Source: Escherichia coli
GTDB lineage: Bacteria > Pseudomonadota > Gammaproteobacteria > Enterobacterales > Enterobacteriaceae
Assembly: GCF_001677475.2 (NCBI RefSeq)
Contig: NZ_CP015229.1
DNA length: 64,000 nt
Reading direction: 5' to 3' (one strand)
Under the pieces are notes generated by a model, which worked only from the letters and a program-made list of their open reading frames with translations, did not search any database and was not told the DNA's origin. The translations under genes and the position numbers were made by a program. This document shows positions 35,885-48,054 of this stretch, one piece after another (within the stretch, counting starts at the first letter, position 1; each line of letters begins with the position of its first letter).

Positions 35885-38079
35885 AATTTTTCCCCTTTCA
35901 ACAGGGTGCTTTGCGCATCACGAGGCTTGATGACATAGCACCAAACTTGCTTACGACCATCATGTTCTTCGATATAGACACCCTGCAGCTCTGGTGCAAA
36001 ACCTGGCAGCAGGTTGATCCCTTCTTCCAGAGCGCTGAAGTAACGCAGAACAGCACCACCCCAGATTTCACCCGGAACAACACACAGCACACCCGGAGGA
36101 TAAGGAAGCGCACCTTCGGCAGCGATACGGCCTTCTGCATCCGGCAGACGAACCAGCTCCACTTCACCGCGTAAGTAGGCGTAGTTGGCTTCTTGCGGAT
36201 TCATGCTGACGCGTGGGAAGTGTTCCTTACGGAACATCTCTTTTTGCAGTTGTTTCACGTTGTGACGGGCATACAAATCATGCATTTCCTGGCACAACTG
36301 ACGCAGGGTATAACCGGCGTAGCGCTCTTCATGCTGTTTGTAGATGGAAGGCAGTACTTCCGCCAGAGGCGCATCAGCTTCCAGTAGTTTTTCGAAGCGT
36401 ACCAGCAGGGCAACAAGTTGCTGCAGTTTGGCCATATCTTCTGCCGGAGTCAGCAGGAAGAGGATGGAGTTAAGATCGCATTTTTCCGGCACTACGCCAT
36501 TTTCGCGCAGGAAGTTAGCAAGAATCGTTGCGGGTACACCGAACGCTTCATATTCGCCGTTACGTGCATCAATACCTGGAGTTGTCAGCAACAGTTTGCA
36601 CGGATCGACAAAGTATTGGTTCTCTGCGTAGCCTTCAAAAGAATGCCAGTGCTCACCGGGTACAAATTTAAAGAAGCGTAGATCAACCGCAATTTGCGCT
36701 GTTTCATACGACTGCCAGGGTTTACCATCCACCAGTTCAGGAACGAACGGGCGAATGTGCTGGCAGTTATCGAGGATCAATTTGCGGGCATTAATACCGT
36801 TAACCACACAATCCATCCACATATTACGACCGCTGACACCTTCATGCATTTTAGCGTTGATATCCAGTGCGGCAAACAGCGGATAGAACGGGCTGGTGGA
36901 GGCGTGCATCATAAAGGCGTTGTTCATGCGTTTGTGCGGTACATAACGCTGTTGCCCTTTGATATGGCTGTCTTTTTTATGAATTTGTGAAGTCTGAGAA
37001 AAACCAGCCTGTTGTTTATGCACAGATTGCGTAACCAGAATACCCGGATCGTTCTCATTAAGCTCCAGTAGCAGCGGCGAACAGTCCGCCATCATCGGAA
37101 TAAACTGTTCATAGCCGACCCATGCTGAGTCAAACAGGATGTAGTCACACAGATGACCGATTTTATCCACCACCTGGCGGGCGTTATAAATAGTACCGTC
37201 GTAGGTGCCTAACTGAATCACAGCGAGGCGGAACGGACGCGCCTCTTTTGCCCGTTGCGGTGCAACTTCTGTAATCAGTTCACGCAGATAACTTTCTTCG
37301 AAGCAGTGCGCATCAATGCCACCGATAAAACCATACGGGTTACGTGCTGTTTCCAGATAAACCGGTGTTGCACCAGCCTGTAGCAAGGCCCCGTGGTGGT
37401 TAGACTTATGGTTATTGCGGTCAAACAGCACCAGATCACCCGGTGTCAGCAGGGCGTTTAAAACCACTTTGTTGGAAGAGGAGGTGCCGTTTAAAACAAA
37501 GTACGTTTTATCGGCATTAAACACTTTAGCCGCATGTTGCTGTGCAATGCATGGCGCACCTTCATGAATCAGTAGATCGCCCATTGCAACGTCGGCATTA
37601 CACAAGTCGGAGCGGAAGAGCATTTCGCCAAAATATTCCACGAACTGATTGCCTGCCGGATGGCGACGGAAAAACTCACCTCCCTGATGACCCGGGCAGT
37701 CAAAAGCGCTATTGCCCTGATTGACATAATCGACCAGTGCGCGGAAGAAGGGCGGGCGCAGTTGCGTTTCATAATGGCTGGCAGCGGTTTCTAACTGACG
37801 TCCATAAAACTCTTTCCGTGATTCGCAATGCTCGAAGACACCCGAAATACGGGGCAAATACTCTGCGGGTACACGTTCTTCATTTTCCGTTGCAATAAAA
37901 ACAGGAATGCCATAGCCAGTAGCGTCTATTTCATCGAGTTTTCCACGTTCAACATCACTGACTGATAAAATAATGGCGGCAACGTCAATATAATTACTTT
38001 TGTCAATATTCACGCATTCACGATGAGTGGAAAAACAATCCGGGCAAGAACGGCTAACGGCAATTTTTAATTCTGACAT
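35881..38079 (-). CDS. speF: Inducible ornithine decarboxylase
   Basis: 732 aa from the ATG at 38077-38079 (MSELKIAVSR). Fold-III PLP decarboxylase. Confidence 0.95.
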   Translation of the reverse strand: MSELKIAVSRSCPDCFSTHRECVNIDKSNYIDVAAIILSVSDVERGKLDEIDATGYGIPVFIATENEERVPAEYLPRISGVFEHCESRKEFYGRQLETAASHYETQLRPPFFRALVDYVNQGNSAFDCPGHQGGEFFRRHPAGNQFVEYFGEMLFRSDLCNADVAMGDLLIHEGAPCIAQQHAAKVFNADKTYFVLNGTSSSNKVVLNALLTPGDLVLFDRNNHKSNHHGALLQAGATPVYLETARNPYGFIGGIDAHCFEESYLRELITEVAPQRAKEARPFRLAVIQLGTYDGTIYNARQVVDKIGHLCDYILFDSAWVGYEQFIPMMADCSPLLLELNENDPGILVTQSVHKQQAGFSQTSQIHKKDSHIKGQQRYVPHKRMNNAFMMHASTSPFYPLFAALDINAKMHEGVSGRNMWMDCVVNGINARKLILDNCQHIRPFVPELVDGKPWQSYETAQIAVDLRFFKFVPGEHWHSFEGYAENQYFVDPCKLLLTTPGIDARNGEYEAFGVPATILANFLRENGVVPEKCDLNSILFLLTPAEDMAKLQQLVALLVRFEKLLEADAPLAEVLPSIYKQHEERYAGYTLRQLCQEMHDLYARHNVKQLQKEMFRKEHFPRVSMNPQEANYAYLRGEVELVRLPDAEGRIAAEGALPYPPGVLCVVPGEIWGGAVLRYFSALEEGINLLPGFAPELQGVYIEEHDGRKQVWCYVIKPRDAQSTLLKGEKL

Positions 38080-38388
38080 TTTGTTCATCTCTTTATTTCA
38101 GGTAATAGCAGGTCCTCAATTTCTCAAAGGAGAAATTGATCACGCCGGAAAAAAAGCAAAACCCACCGCTGATAAATAAATCAGTAGTTTGCTTTTTGCA
38201 GATGCAATAACCCAGACCAGCCCGGTAACTGGCTATACTCGTCATACTTCAAGTTGCATGTGCTGCGACTCGAATTATTTAGAGTTTAAAAGGGTTAGCA
38301 GTATATGAGCACCGAGGGATACAGGTATTAACCTGTAATGCTTAAAGTCAGGGAGACCTGTACGCTGAGGTGCCCTTTAGTCAGAAGA

Positions 38389-38493
38389 CTAGCGGGCATT
38401 AAAGAAATGAAAGTCAAAACTATTACGATGTGCAAACTTCATGATATGGGTTGTCCGCCTTATATGAGGCATTAAGCGGTTATTATTTTCCAT
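38389..38493 (-). CDS. speFL: SpeFL ornithine-sensing leader peptide (34 codons)
   Basis: The minus strand reads ATG GAA AAT AAT AAC CGC ... GCC CGC TAG, giving MENNNRLMPHIRRTTHIMKFAHRNSFDFHFFNAR. Too short for the ORF track. Located upstream of speF. Confidence 0.85.
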   Translation of the reverse strand: MENNNRLMPHIRRTTHIMKFAHRNSFDFHFFNAR

Positions 38494-38767
38494 TTACCTT
38501 TACCTTTTTCTGTGTCAGTTGAAGGTAGAGTTATTCTATCCATGAAATGGCTATAATCTGTGAAGAAGATCAACAAAAAACGATCATATCCCAAATAATA
38601 AATCATTAATGATGAATAGCGCCATATTAGATGCTGTTTTGTTGTTTAAATGTTGCAATTTTGTGGGTTGTATTTTCATTAAGAAATTAAACCTGCCAAA
38701 TAATAATTTTCGGGGCAGGTTTAATAATAAATTAATAATTATTTAAGCGTATTTATTGAATAATAAT

Positions 38768-39445
38768 TCATGGCATAAACCGATACCCAATACCGGTTTC
38801 AGTAATAAAATGGCGGGGGCGGGCGGGATCTTGCTCCAGTTTTTGTCGCAGATGCCCCATATAAATACGCAAATAATGACTGTGTTCGACCGCGTTTGGC
38901 CCCCACACCTGGTTAAGGAGCTGGCGCTGGGTGAGCACTTTTCCCGCATTATTAAGCAACACTGCCAGCAGGCGGAACTCAATCGGGGTAAGATGCACCT
39001 CTTCCTCGCCCCGATGGATCACACGAGCTGCTAAATCGACGGTAACATCGGAAAATTTCACCAGCGGATCGGGCGCGGTGGTGGCAGAGTGGCGGCGTAA
39101 AGCGACGCGCAGACGGGCCTGCAATTCGCCAATGCCAAATGGTTTACTCAGGTAATCATCCGCTCCGGCATCCAGCGCGGCGATTTTGTCGCTCTCTTCG
39201 CTACGTGCGGAAAGCACAATCACCGGCACTGCGCTCCACTGGCGCAGGTCGCGGATAAACTCAATCCCATCACCGTCGGGCAGGCCGAGATCGAGAATAA
39301 TCAAATCTGGCTTACGGGTTGCCGCTTCCAGCAAGCCGCGTTGCAGCGTTTCGGCCTCAAAGACGCGCATACCGTCGCCCTCCAGCGCCGTGCGCAGAAA
39401 GCGACGAATAGCCTGTTCATCTTCAACAATCAGAACGTTTGTCAC
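38768..39445 (-). CDS. kdpE: OmpR-family response regulator KdpE
   Basis: 225 aa with receiver and winged-helix domains. Confidence 0.96.
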   Translation of the reverse strand: MTNVLIVEDEQAIRRFLRTALEGDGMRVFEAETLQRGLLEAATRKPDLIILDLGLPDGDGIEFIRDLRQWSAVPVIVLSARSEESDKIAALDAGADDYLSKPFGIGELQARLRVALRRHSATTAPDPLVKFSDVTVDLAARVIHRGEEEVHLTPIEFRLLAVLLNNAGKVLTQRQLLNQVWGPNAVEHSHYLRIYMGHLRQKLEQDPARPRHFITETGIGYRFMP

Positions 39446-42126
39446 ATATCCTCATGAAATTCTTCAAGTTCAGGAGCTGTTTGCTGGGGAAGTGTAACAC
39501 GAAAACAGGCACCACCTTCCGGTCGGTTGAATGCGGTAATGGTGCCGCCGTGTACATCCACTATCGCCCGACAAATTGCCAACCCAAGCCCTACACCCGG
39601 TACCGCCGACTCTTTATTCCCGCGAGCAAACTTATCAAATATCGTCTGCTCCTGGCCTGGTGGAAGACCGGGGCCATTATCCCAGACATCCAGTTGTAGA
39701 TTTTCGCCCTCAACGTGGGCATCGATACCAATTTCGGCCTGCGCACCCGCGTATTTCACCGCGTTCTCCAGCAGATTAATCAGCACCCGTTCAAACAGTG
39801 GCCCGTCAACGTGGATTAAGGTCAGCGGTTCTGGCAGAGAAAGATTGATGGGCGACGATAAACCCGGTTCCAGCATTTGCAGCGCGCTGCCGACCACTTC
39901 TTCCAGCGTTAACCACTCTTTCTTCAAATTAAAGCCGCCGGACTGAATTCGCGCCATATCCAGTAGATTATTCACCAGTCGGGTCGTGTTCAGCACATGC
40001 TGACGAATCTCGCTGGCCTGGCGGGCGTGGGGCGATCCTTCGCTTGCCAGATCGAGCGTTAAGATTTCTGCCTGACCGAATAACACCGTGAGCGGAGTGC
40101 GTAAATCATGCGAAAGTGCCGCCAGCAGGGCGTTGCGGATCTGTTCACGTTCGCTTGCCATCCGCGCCTGTTCTTCGCTGGCGGTCAGTGTCAGCCGCTC
40201 AAGGGCATTGGCGACTAACAGCGTAAACGTCTCCAGCAGGCGCTGCTGTTCCGGGATCATCAACTGGCGCAGATTCCCCGGTTCCACCACCACCAGTCCG
40301 TAGGTTTTCTCGCCGCTTTTTAGCGGCAAAATCTGGTACGGTACACCGGGTAACGTGTCGGTGCCCGCGCCCGCAGGCAGGCCTTTATCAAAACTCCACT
40401 GCGCGATGGCATCGTCCCACGGCGTCATTCCTTGCGGATGTGTTAAAGGCTGCAATTTACCGTTGTCATCAGGCAGCAACACCTGGCTACGGGCATGAAA
40501 CGTGGAGGCAATAAACTGTTCGCTGGTGGCGGCGATATCCTGCGAACTACGGCCCACAGCCAGAGCTTTCGACATTTCATATAAGTGCCGTGTGCGTTGT
40601 TCGCGGTAACGGGCTACCCGCGCCTGATAACGCACGCCAGCAGTAAGGTTCCCGATCACCAGCCCGACGGTTAACATCACCGCGAAGGTCAGCAGATATT
40701 GCACATCAGAGACGGCGAGCGTGCCGCGTGGGGCGATAAAAAAGAGATCGAAACTCACCACATTAATGACGGTGGCAACCACCGAAGGCCAGCGTCCGTA
40801 AAATAGTGCCACCACCACGACGCCAAGCAGATACAGCATCACCAGGTTGGCGGCATCAAACGCCATCAGCCACTGCATGGCAATTAAGGTGATAACGGCG
40901 CATAACGCGGCGGCAACCACGCATCCCTGAATCTGTACCCGCCACTTGTCTTTAAAAGAGCGGCTATCCGGCGCGTTGTTAAGCGTGCGGGCGGGTGGTT
41001 CATCAAGCGCGACCAGCACCTGATCGAGATCGGGGGCGATGCGCGCCAGCCGGTCAGCAAACGTTTCCCGACGCCACCAGCGGCGCGAGGCTGGGCGACC
41101 GAGAATAATCTTGCCGAGATTATGTTCACGGGCATAACGCACTACCGCTTTCTCTTCCGCTGGATCAGAAAGTGTTGCCGTCTCTGCGCCCAGTTCCTGC
41201 GCCAGACGTAAGGCGCTGAGAATTGCCCGACGTTTTTTCTCCGGTAAACGGTGCAAGGCAGGGGTTTCAACATACACCGCGTGCCAGACGCTCCCCAGCC
41301 GTGACGCCAGCCGCGCCGCTGCGCGGACCAGTTTTTCGCTGCCCGTGTTATGCCCGATGCATAAAAGGATCGCGTCGCGCGTGTGCCAGACTTTCTCTTC
41401 GCCAGGATGCCCCCGCCAGGCGCGCATTTGCTCATCTACGCGATCGGCAGTACGGCGCAGTGCCAGTTCGCGCAGGGCGATCAGATTGCCTTTGCGGAAA
41501 AAATGTTCAATGGCGCGCTCCGCCTGCCCGGTAATATAGACTTTGCCTTCTTTCAGTCGCTGGCGCAGATCGTCCGGGGGCAAGTCCACCAGTACTACGT
41601 CGTCGGCGGCATCAAAAAAAGGATCGGGCACGGTTTCCCGTACCTGAATTCCGGTGACGCCGCTGACCACATCATTCAGACTTTCCAGATGCTGAACGTT
41701 GACGGTTGTGAAAACATCAATGCCAGCTTCCAGCAGTTCTTCGATATCCTGCCAGCGTTTAGGATGACGAGAACCTGGCGCATTACTGTGCGCCAGTTCG
41801 TCCATTAAGATCAGCGCCGGACGGCGGGCGAGGGCGGCATCGAGATCAAACTTGCTGATATGCCGCCCACGGTACGCCTGGCGTTTCAGCGGCAGAACAG
41901 CCAGCCCTTCCAGCATGGCGGCGGTATCTTTCCGACCATGGGTTTCTACCACGCCAACCACAATATCCAGCCCTTGTGCCCGCAGTCGCTGGGCTTCTGC
42001 CAGCATCGCCCAGGTCTTCCCGACGCCTGCACAGGCACCGAAAAAAACTTTCAGCTTCCCCCGATGCGGCGCGGCAGTTTGTTCCAGCAGACGATCGGGG
42101 TCGGGACGTAAGGGTTCGTTATTCAT
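39442..42126 (-). CDS. kdpD: Sensor histidine kinase KdpD
   Basis: 894 aa from the ATG at 42124-42126 ([14 protein letters not shown]). Contains KdpD N-terminal/Usp, 4 TM, GAF and HisKA/HATPase regions. Confidence 0.95.
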   Translation of the reverse strand: MNNEPLRPDPDRLLEQTAAPHRGKLKVFFGACAGVGKTWAMLAEAQRLRAQGLDIVVGVVETHGRKDTAAMLEGLAVLPLKRQAYRGRHISKFDLDAALARRPALILMDELAHSNAPGSRHPKRWQDIEELLEAGIDVFTTVNVQHLESLNDVVSGVTGIQVRETVPDPFFDAADDVVLVDLPPDDLRQRLKEGKVYITGQAERAIEHFFRKGNLIALRELALRRTADRVDEQMRAWRGHPGEEKVWHTRDAILLCIGHNTGSEKLVRAAARLASRLGSVWHAVYVETPALHRLPEKKRRAILSALRLAQELGAETATLSDPAEEKAVVRYAREHNLGKIILGRPASRRWWRRETFADRLARIAPDLDQVLVALDEPPARTLNNAPDSRSFKDKWRVQIQGCVVAAALCAVITLIAMQWLMAFDAANLVMLYLLGVVVVALFYGRWPSVVATVINVVSFDLFFIAPRGTLAVSDVQYLLTFAVMLTVGLVIGNLTAGVRYQARVARYREQRTRHLYEMSKALAVGRSSQDIAATSEQFIASTFHARSQVLLPDDNGKLQPLTHPQGMTPWDDAIAQWSFDKGLPAGAGTDTLPGVPYQILPLKSGEKTYGLVVVEPGNLRQLMIPEQQRLLETFTLLVANALERLTLTASEEQARMASEREQIRNALLAALSHDLRTPLTVLFGQAEILTLDLASEGSPHARQASEIRQHVLNTTRLVNNLLDMARIQSGGFNLKKEWLTLEEVVGSALQMLEPGLSSPINLSLPEPLTLIHVDGPLFERVLINLLENAVKYAGAQAEIGIDAHVEGENLQLDVWDNGPGLPPGQEQTIFDKFARGNKESAVPGVGLGLAICRAIVDVHGGTITAFNRPEGGACFRVTLPQQTAPELEEFHEDM

Positions 42127-42691
42127 CAAGCTTATCCAGCGCCAGATTGAGTTCGACAATGTTGACGACCGGCTGGCCGATATATTTCACCAGCGGTTGT
42201 TGGCTGTATTTTGCGATCAGTTGCGTGAGTTGTTCAACGCTGAGATTACGCGCTTTCGCCACGCGTGGGATCTGCCAGGCTGCCGCTTGCGGGGTGATGT
42301 TATTGTCCAGCCCGCTTGCCGATGCCGTCACCAGTTCAACCGGAACGCTCGCGCTGGCATCCGGGTTAGCGGCCCGTAATGCAGCAACGCGTGCGGCTAT
42401 TAGTTTATCCAGCTCAGGGTTACTGACCGCCAGATTGCTCCCGCCAGAAGCCTGTGGATTATAGGGTATTTCTGCCGTTGCCGACGGGCGACCATGAAAA
42501 TAGCCGTTGCCGGTAAAATTCTGCCCGATTAATGCTGAACCCCGCACCGTATCACCTTCACGAATCAACGAACCGTTGGCCTGCCAGGGAAACCACCATT
42601 GCCCCAGCGCGGTGGTCAGCAGCGGGTAAACGCCGCCAGTAATCAATAACAGAAAGATAAATGTTGATAATGCCGGACGTAATCCACTCAT
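42119..42691 (-). CDS. kdpC: K+-transporting ATPase subunit C
   Basis: 190 aa from the ATG at 42689-42691 ([11 protein letters not shown]). Confidence 0.94.
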   Translation of the reverse strand: MSGLRPALSTFIFLLLITGGVYPLLTTALGQWWFPWQANGSLIREGDTVRGSALIGQNFTGNGYFHGRPSATAEIPYNPQASGGSNLAVSNPELDKLIAARVAALRAANPDASASVPVELVTASASGLDNNITPQAAAWQIPRVAKARNLSVEQLTQLIAKYSQQPLVKYIGQPVVNIVELNLALDKLDE

Positions 42692-42699
42692 GGTAAACC

Positions 42700-44748
42700 T
42701 CACACCAGACCGCAAACGGTCAGCAGTAAATCAATGACTTTGATACCAATAAACGGCACCAGCAGCCCACCCAGACCGTAAATCCATAAGTTACGGCGCA
42801 ACATGGCAGAAGCGGTAAGCGGTTTATAACTCACGCCTTTTAACGCCAGGGGAATCAAAAAGACGATAATCAAGGCGTTGAAAATGACCGCACTGAGAAT
42901 GGCGGAGTCGGGCGAATGCAGGCGCATGATGTTCAGCGCATTTAACTGTGGATACGTTGCCGCGAATGCCGCCGGAATAATGGCGAAGTATTTCGCCACA
43001 TCGTTGGCAATGCTGAAGGTGGTCAGCGAGCCACGGGTCATCAGCATCTGTTTGCCAATGTGCACCACCTCGATCAACTTGGTCGGGTTAGAGTCGAGAT
43101 CCACCATATTGCCCGCTTCTTTCGCCGCCTGAGTACCGGAGTTCATCGCTACCGCGACATCTGCCTGCGCCAGCGCCGGAGCATCGTTGGTGCCATCGCC
43201 GGTCATCGCCACTAAACGGCCTTCCGCCTGATACTGACGAATCAATGCCAGCTTGGCCTCCGGTGTCGCTTCGGCGAGAAAATCATCGACACCCGCTTCC
43301 GCAGCAATCGCGGCGGCAGTCAGACGGTTATCGCCGGTAATCATCACCGTTTTAATGCCCATTTTACGCAACTGCGCGAAGCGTTCTTTAATGCCGCCTT
43401 TGACGATATCTTTCAGCGCAATAACGCCCAGCACACGGGAACCTTCCACCACCACCAGCGGCGTGGCTCCCTGACGCGCAATCTGATCGACTTTTTGATC
43501 AACATCGGCTGGGAAGTGACCACCATTAGCCTCAACATGGCGGCGAATGGCATCGACAGAACCTTTACGGATCATGCGGTTGTCGATGTTGATCCCGCTC
43601 ATCCGGCTTTGCGCAGTAAACGGTACAAAGGTGGCATGGAGCGACTGCACATCGCGCTCGCGCAGGTTAAAACGCTGCTTGGCGAGGATCACAATACTGC
43701 GGCCTTCCGGCGTTTCATCAGCCAGCGAAGCCAGTTGTGCGGCGTCAGCCAGCGTTTTTTCATCCACGCCCTGCGCGGGGATAAACTCCGACGCCTGACG
43801 GTTACCGAGTGTGATGGTGCCGGTTTTATCCAGTAGCAGAACGTCAACGTCACCTGCCGCTTCAACTGCACGTCCGCTGGTGGCAATCACATTCGCGCCC
43901 AGCATCCGACTCATCCCGGCGACGCCGATCGCTGACAACAGGCCGCCAATAGTGGTTGGGATCAGACAGACCAGCAGCGCCACCAGTACCGTTACACTCA
44001 CTGCATTACCGCCCCACGCGGAAAACGGCCACAGCGTGGCGGTTGCCAGTAAAAAGACGATAGTCAGGGCAATCAGGAGAATGGTCAGGGCAATCTCGTT
44101 CGGCGTTTTGCGTCGCTGTGCGCCTTCCACCATCGCGATCATCCTATCCAGAAATGTCTCGCCGGGGTTAACGCTGCACTCAATCACCAGCCAGTCAGAA
44201 AGAATACGCGTGCCGCCAGTGACGGAGGCAAAATCGCCGCCGGATTCACGGATCACCGGTGCCGATTCCCCGGTGATGGCGCTTTCATCGACCGATGCCC
44301 CCCCTTCAATAACTTCACCATCGCAGGGGATAATATCGCCAGCTTCTACCAGTACGATATCGCCTTTACGCAGTTGATCGGCAGGTACTTTGTCCGCCGC
44401 AGCGCCATATTTCGGCTCACGCAGCTTGCGGGCAAAGGCAGTTTTTTTCACCCCTTTCAGACTGTTGGCCTGCGCTTTACTGCGGCCTTCTGCCAGCGCC
44501 TCGGCGAAATTAGCGAACAGTACGGTGACCCACAGCCAGCCGCTAATTGCCGCGCTAAACAGCGCATTGCCAGGCATCGCACCGCTTGCCATCGCGATGC
44601 TAATACAGGTGGTCAGCAGACTGCCGATCCAGACGATAAACATCACCGGATTGCGCCATTGCGCCTGCGGGTTTAATTTTTTCACCGCTTCTTTCAGCGC
44701 CTGAACGACAAGTGTTGGTTCGAATAGCGCCAGTTGTTTACGACTCAT
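42700..44748 (-). CDS. kdpB: K+-transporting P-type ATPase subunit B
   Basis: 682 aa with the DKTGTIT phosphorylation motif and the [11 protein letters not shown] hinge. Confidence 0.97.
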   Translation of the reverse strand: MSRKQLALFEPTLVVQALKEAVKKLNPQAQWRNPVMFIVWIGSLLTTCISIAMASGAMPGNALFSAAISGWLWVTVLFANFAEALAEGRSKAQANSLKGVKKTAFARKLREPKYGAAADKVPADQLRKGDIVLVEAGDIIPCDGEVIEGGASVDESAITGESAPVIRESGGDFASVTGGTRILSDWLVIECSVNPGETFLDRMIAMVEGAQRRKTPNEIALTILLIALTIVFLLATATLWPFSAWGGNAVSVTVLVALLVCLIPTTIGGLLSAIGVAGMSRMLGANVIATSGRAVEAAGDVDVLLLDKTGTITLGNRQASEFIPAQGVDEKTLADAAQLASLADETPEGRSIVILAKQRFNLRERDVQSLHATFVPFTAQSRMSGINIDNRMIRKGSVDAIRRHVEANGGHFPADVDQKVDQIARQGATPLVVVEGSRVLGVIALKDIVKGGIKERFAQLRKMGIKTVMITGDNRLTAAAIAAEAGVDDFLAEATPEAKLALIRQYQAEGRLVAMTGDGTNDAPALAQADVAVAMNSGTQAAKEAGNMVDLDSNPTKLIEVVHIGKQMLMTRGSLTTFSIANDVAKYFAIIPAAFAATYPQLNALNIMRLHSPDSAILSAVIFNALIIVFLIPLALKGVSYKPLTASAMLRRNLWIYGLGGLLVPFIGIKVIDLLLTVCGLV

Positions 44749-44770
44749 ATTCAGTGCTCACTCAATATCA

Positions 44771-46444
44771 TCAGGAGAGATATTCCGCCACCGGACCAAG
44801 CGCCAGGGCAGGGATAAAGGTCAGTGCGCCAACCAGCAATACGGTGCCGATTAACAGGCCAACAAACAGCGGGCCGTGCGTTGGCAGCGTGCCGGAGCTG
44901 GCGGGTTGGCTCTTTTTACTCACCAGCGAACCGGCAATTGCCATCACCGGGATAATCACCCCGAAGCGACCGACAAACATGCAGAACGCCAGTAAACAGT
45001 TCCAGAACGGAGAGTTGGCGCTTAATCCGGCAAAGGCGCTGCCGTTGTTGTTAGCGGCGGACGACACGGCGTACAGCACTTCGCTAAAACCATGCGGGCC
45101 AGGGTTGAGCATGGCGCTACGTCCGGCGTCGGTCATCATTGCCAGCGCCGCGCCCATCAGCACCAGCGTCGGGGTGACCAGAATCGCCAGCGCGGTCAAT
45201 TTCATCTCGCGTACGTCGATTTTTTTACCCAGATATTCCGGTGTACGACCAATCATCAGCCCGGCAATAAACACCGCCAGCAGGACGAACAGCATCATGC
45301 CGTAAAGACCAGAACCGACACCGCCGAATACCACTTCACCAATTTGCATCAGCCACATCGGCACCATGCCACCAAGAGCGGTAAACGAATCATGCATCGC
45401 AATCACCGCGCCGCAGGAAGCCGCCGTAGTCACGACCGCAAACAGGCTACTGACCAGCACGCCGAAACGACTCTCTTTACCTTCCATATTGATGCTGCTG
45501 TCCGCGCCCAGTGCCAGCAGATGCGGATTACCCTGAACTTCTGCCCACATCACCACGCCTGTGCAGATGATAAAAATCACTGACATCGCCCACAGCAACA
45601 TGCGCCCCTGGCGGCGATCGCCCGCCACTTCACCAAAGGCAAAGCACAGCGCTGTTGGGATCAAGAAGATCGCCAGCATCTGCACGAAGTTGGTCAGTGC
45701 GGTTGGGTTTTCAAACGGATGCGACGAGTTGGCATTAAAGAAGCCACCACCGTTAGTGCCGAGCATCTTGATCGCTTCCTGAGAAGCCACCGGACCCATT
45801 GGTAACAGCTGTTTCGCTCCTTCAACGGTATTCACCGCCTGATAGGGCAGAAAGTTTTGCAGTGCACCTTGTTGAATAAAAAACAGTGCGATCAACAACG
45901 CCACAGGGACTAGCACCCATAACGTGATGCGTAGCAGATCGACCCAGGCATTCCCGAGTGTGCTCATGCTCTGGCGGGTAAATGCACGGATGAGGGCAAA
46001 AATCACCGCAATCCCGCTGGCGGCAGAAAGAAAGTTTTGCACCGTTAAGCCCGCCATCTGGCTGAAATAGCTCAACGTGGTTTCACCGCTGTAAGATTGC
46101 CAGTTGGTATTCGTGACAAAGCTGACGGCGGTATTCAGCGCCAGATCCCATGACAGTCCCGGCAACTGCTGCGGATTAAGCGGCAGATAGTGCTGACCGA
46201 GCAACATAAAAAACAGCACCGCCAGCCCCAGCATATTCAGGCCAAGAATGGCTGAGAGATACTGCTTCCAGTTCATCTCGCGGTCAGAGACGCCAAGCGC
46301 GCTAAAGAGTACGCGTTCAACGCCCGTCGTACCAGGAAGAGGAATATCATTAATCAGCCGCGCCAGCCCGCTGCCTAAAGGACGTGCCAGTACCATTAAC
46401 ACCAGTAAAAACGTGGCGATCAGTAAGAACCCTTGCGCAGCCAT
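44771..46444 (-). CDS. kdpA: K+-transporting ATPase subunit A
   Basis: 557 aa from the ATG at 46442-46444 ([12 protein letters not shown]). ATGA overlap with the kdpF stop. Confidence 0.95.
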   Translation of the reverse strand: MAAQGFLLIATFLLVLMVLARPLGSGLARLINDIPLPGTTGVERVLFSALGVSDREMNWKQYLSAILGLNMLGLAVLFFMLLGQHYLPLNPQQLPGLSWDLALNTAVSFVTNTNWQSYSGETTLSYFSQMAGLTVQNFLSAASGIAVIFALIRAFTRQSMSTLGNAWVDLLRITLWVLVPVALLIALFFIQQGALQNFLPYQAVNTVEGAKQLLPMGPVASQEAIKMLGTNGGGFFNANSSHPFENPTALTNFVQMLAIFLIPTALCFAFGEVAGDRRQGRMLLWAMSVIFIICTGVVMWAEVQGNPHLLALGADSSINMEGKESRFGVLVSSLFAVVTTAASCGAVIAMHDSFTALGGMVPMWLMQIGEVVFGGVGSGLYGMMLFVLLAVFIAGLMIGRTPEYLGKKIDVREMKLTALAILVTPTLVLMGAALAMMTDAGRSAMLNPGPHGFSEVLYAVSSAANNNGSAFAGLSANSPFWNCLLAFCMFVGRFGVIIPVMAIAGSLVSKKSQPASSGTLPTHGPLFVGLLIGTVLLVGALTFIPALALGPVAEYLS

Positions 46445-46533
46445 CAGAACGCCTCCGCATTGATCAGGGCATAAACCAGATAACCCAGTAATAAAAACAC
46501 CAGCAACACGCCGGCTATCACGCCTGCACTCAC
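46444..46533 (-). CDS. kdpF: KdpF, 29-aa membrane subunit
   Basis: GTG at 46531-46533 preceded by a GGAGG SD. The product is (M)[28 protein letters not shown]. Confidence 0.85.
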   Translation of the reverse strand: MSAGVIAGVLLVFLLLGYLVYALINAEAF

Positions 46534-46616
46534 AGTGCACCTCCAGTGGCCTAAAAGTGATACCGGAAGGGTAGAATTCTGGCTGCAAAGATTTCGCAAA
46601 AATCTTCGGGCGGGAT

Positions 46617-46634
46617 GTAAAAAAAGTATAAAAA
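46617..46634 (-). promoter_or_regulatory. Putative KdpE binding site in the kdpFABC promoter
   Basis: The minus strand reads TTTTTATACTTTTTTTACA (direct TTTATA / TTTACA half-sites) about 85 nt upstream of kdpF. Confidence 0.5.
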
Positions 46635-46845
46635 TGGCAAAAGCCATGATTTAACTGATGGTTAGTATTAATTTAACTTTTGTGTAACTTAATTACAGTG
46701 TGAATGTAAATAAACCATCAATAAGCAAAAATAAGTGGTCGGATGAGTAGTAAAATTACACAAAAGGCGGTACTATTTTCATCAGATAAACAAATTCATT
46801 TTTCCGGTGCCATTCACCGGGTAGATACAAAAGGGGGAGAAAAGT

Positions 46846-47052
46846 ATGGAACTCTACAGAGAATATCCTGCATGGCTTATCTTTTTACGCCGTACTTATG
46901 CGGTTGTAGCGGGCGTCCTGGCGCTGCCTTTCATGCTTTTCTGGAAAGACCGCGCCCGCTTTTACAGCTACCTGCATCGCGTCTGGTCGAAAACCAGCGA
47001 TAAACCGGTGTGGATGGATCAGGCCGAAAAGGCAACTGGTGATTTTTACTGA
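46846..47052 (+). CDS. ybfA: Small membrane protein YbfA
   Basis: 68 aa, starting [30 protein letters not shown] hairpin lies at 47067-47095. Confidence 0.88.
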   Translation: MELYREYPAWLIFLRRTYAVVAGVLALPFMLFWKDRARFYSYLHRVWSKTSDKPVWMDQAEKATGDFY

Positions 47053-47806
47053 TTGCCTGCGCGTTTAAGCCAGCCTCGTATCAGGGGGCTGGTTTAGGCG
47101 TTTTGAATCAACGGGTTCCATGGTGTTGTTCATTTAATCACTGTTTTAGTATCAATTTTCAATAGTATCCTTTCATAGGACTACTCTGGATGCGTTCACC
47201 TTCATTGTCGCTCTAAGCAACTAGATCCTCAGAAATCTCCAGTTAGGTTGCATCCTTCCTTACACACTTTCCTGAAACTTCAGGGTAAGGTGAGAAAGCC
47301 GCCATCACTTTTTCTTATTCCAGCATCTAAATAAATTCCGAATTTTGCTATTAATATCGCTACCGCAATAAAAACAGATAGTAAAGAGAGTAATATATAC
47401 TTTAGTGATATGTTAAGAATAATTGATTGTTAACATATCTAATGGGATAAGATGTGTTTCTGTTAATGAAAATATTCAAGATTTATAGTTGATAATTAAA
47501 ATACACTCGATATCTCAGCCCTTTCTATGCAAGATGCAATTTTATAAGCTGTCCATTTTTTATATGGAGGCGGTAGCGTGTTTGTTACTCGTGATTTTAT
47601 TGGTATGGTGAATATGTTGGGATTGTTAAATACATAACGGCATATCAGTTCCGGTCATTGTAAATATGGGTAATTGCTTAATGTTATTAGTGATTACCGT
47701 TTGAAAGATAAAGAGTGCTGTAAAGCGGTGATAGACATTACATTCATGATTAAAAAACAGAACCTGTCAATAAATAATTCATTTATTAAAAAGGACGACT
47801 TCTATT

Positions 47807-48036
47807 ATGACGGAATATTATCTCAATGAGACGGTTTGCAAATACAGAGCCAGTTTCTCCGGGGTAACGAGCAGGTGTACCAGTGTCAGGTGGCATTTGT
47901 ATTGCCGGGTGAGCGGGTCATGATGGCCTTCACCTACGCCCGAACCACACCGCTGACCCCGGCAGATATGACGCGCTGGGCTGAAATTAAAAAGAATCTG
48001 CGCTTCAGGATGCGGCAGGAAGCCGGGACGAATTAA
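47807..48036 (+). pseudogene. Eag-family (DUF1795) T6SS effector chaperone, internally deleted and frameshifted
   Basis: The ATG at 47807 encodes MTEYYLNE, a typical Eag N-terminus. It runs into another frame and stops after 38 codons. The C-terminal roughly 64 codons (QVYQCQVAFVLPGERVMMAFTYARTTPL...) are in a different frame (47836-48036). The total span of 230 bp compares with about 450 bp expected. Confidence 0.7.
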
Positions 48037-48054
48037 TCACACAGGGAACGGGAC

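Noticed and set aside
46444-46647. 67-aa minus-strand ORF upstream of kdpA
   Set aside because: Only the last 29 codons, from the GTG with a GGAGG SD, correspond to kdpF. The extension would cover the kdp promoter and KdpE site.
47290-47420. Minus-strand frame encoding a hydrophobic stretch (..LLSLLSVFIAVAILIAKFGIY..), resembling a small membrane toxin
   Set aside because: The frame opens after a TAA and contains no ATG/GTG/TTG or SD before the hydrophobic segment. It is probably a chance product of AT-rich DNA.
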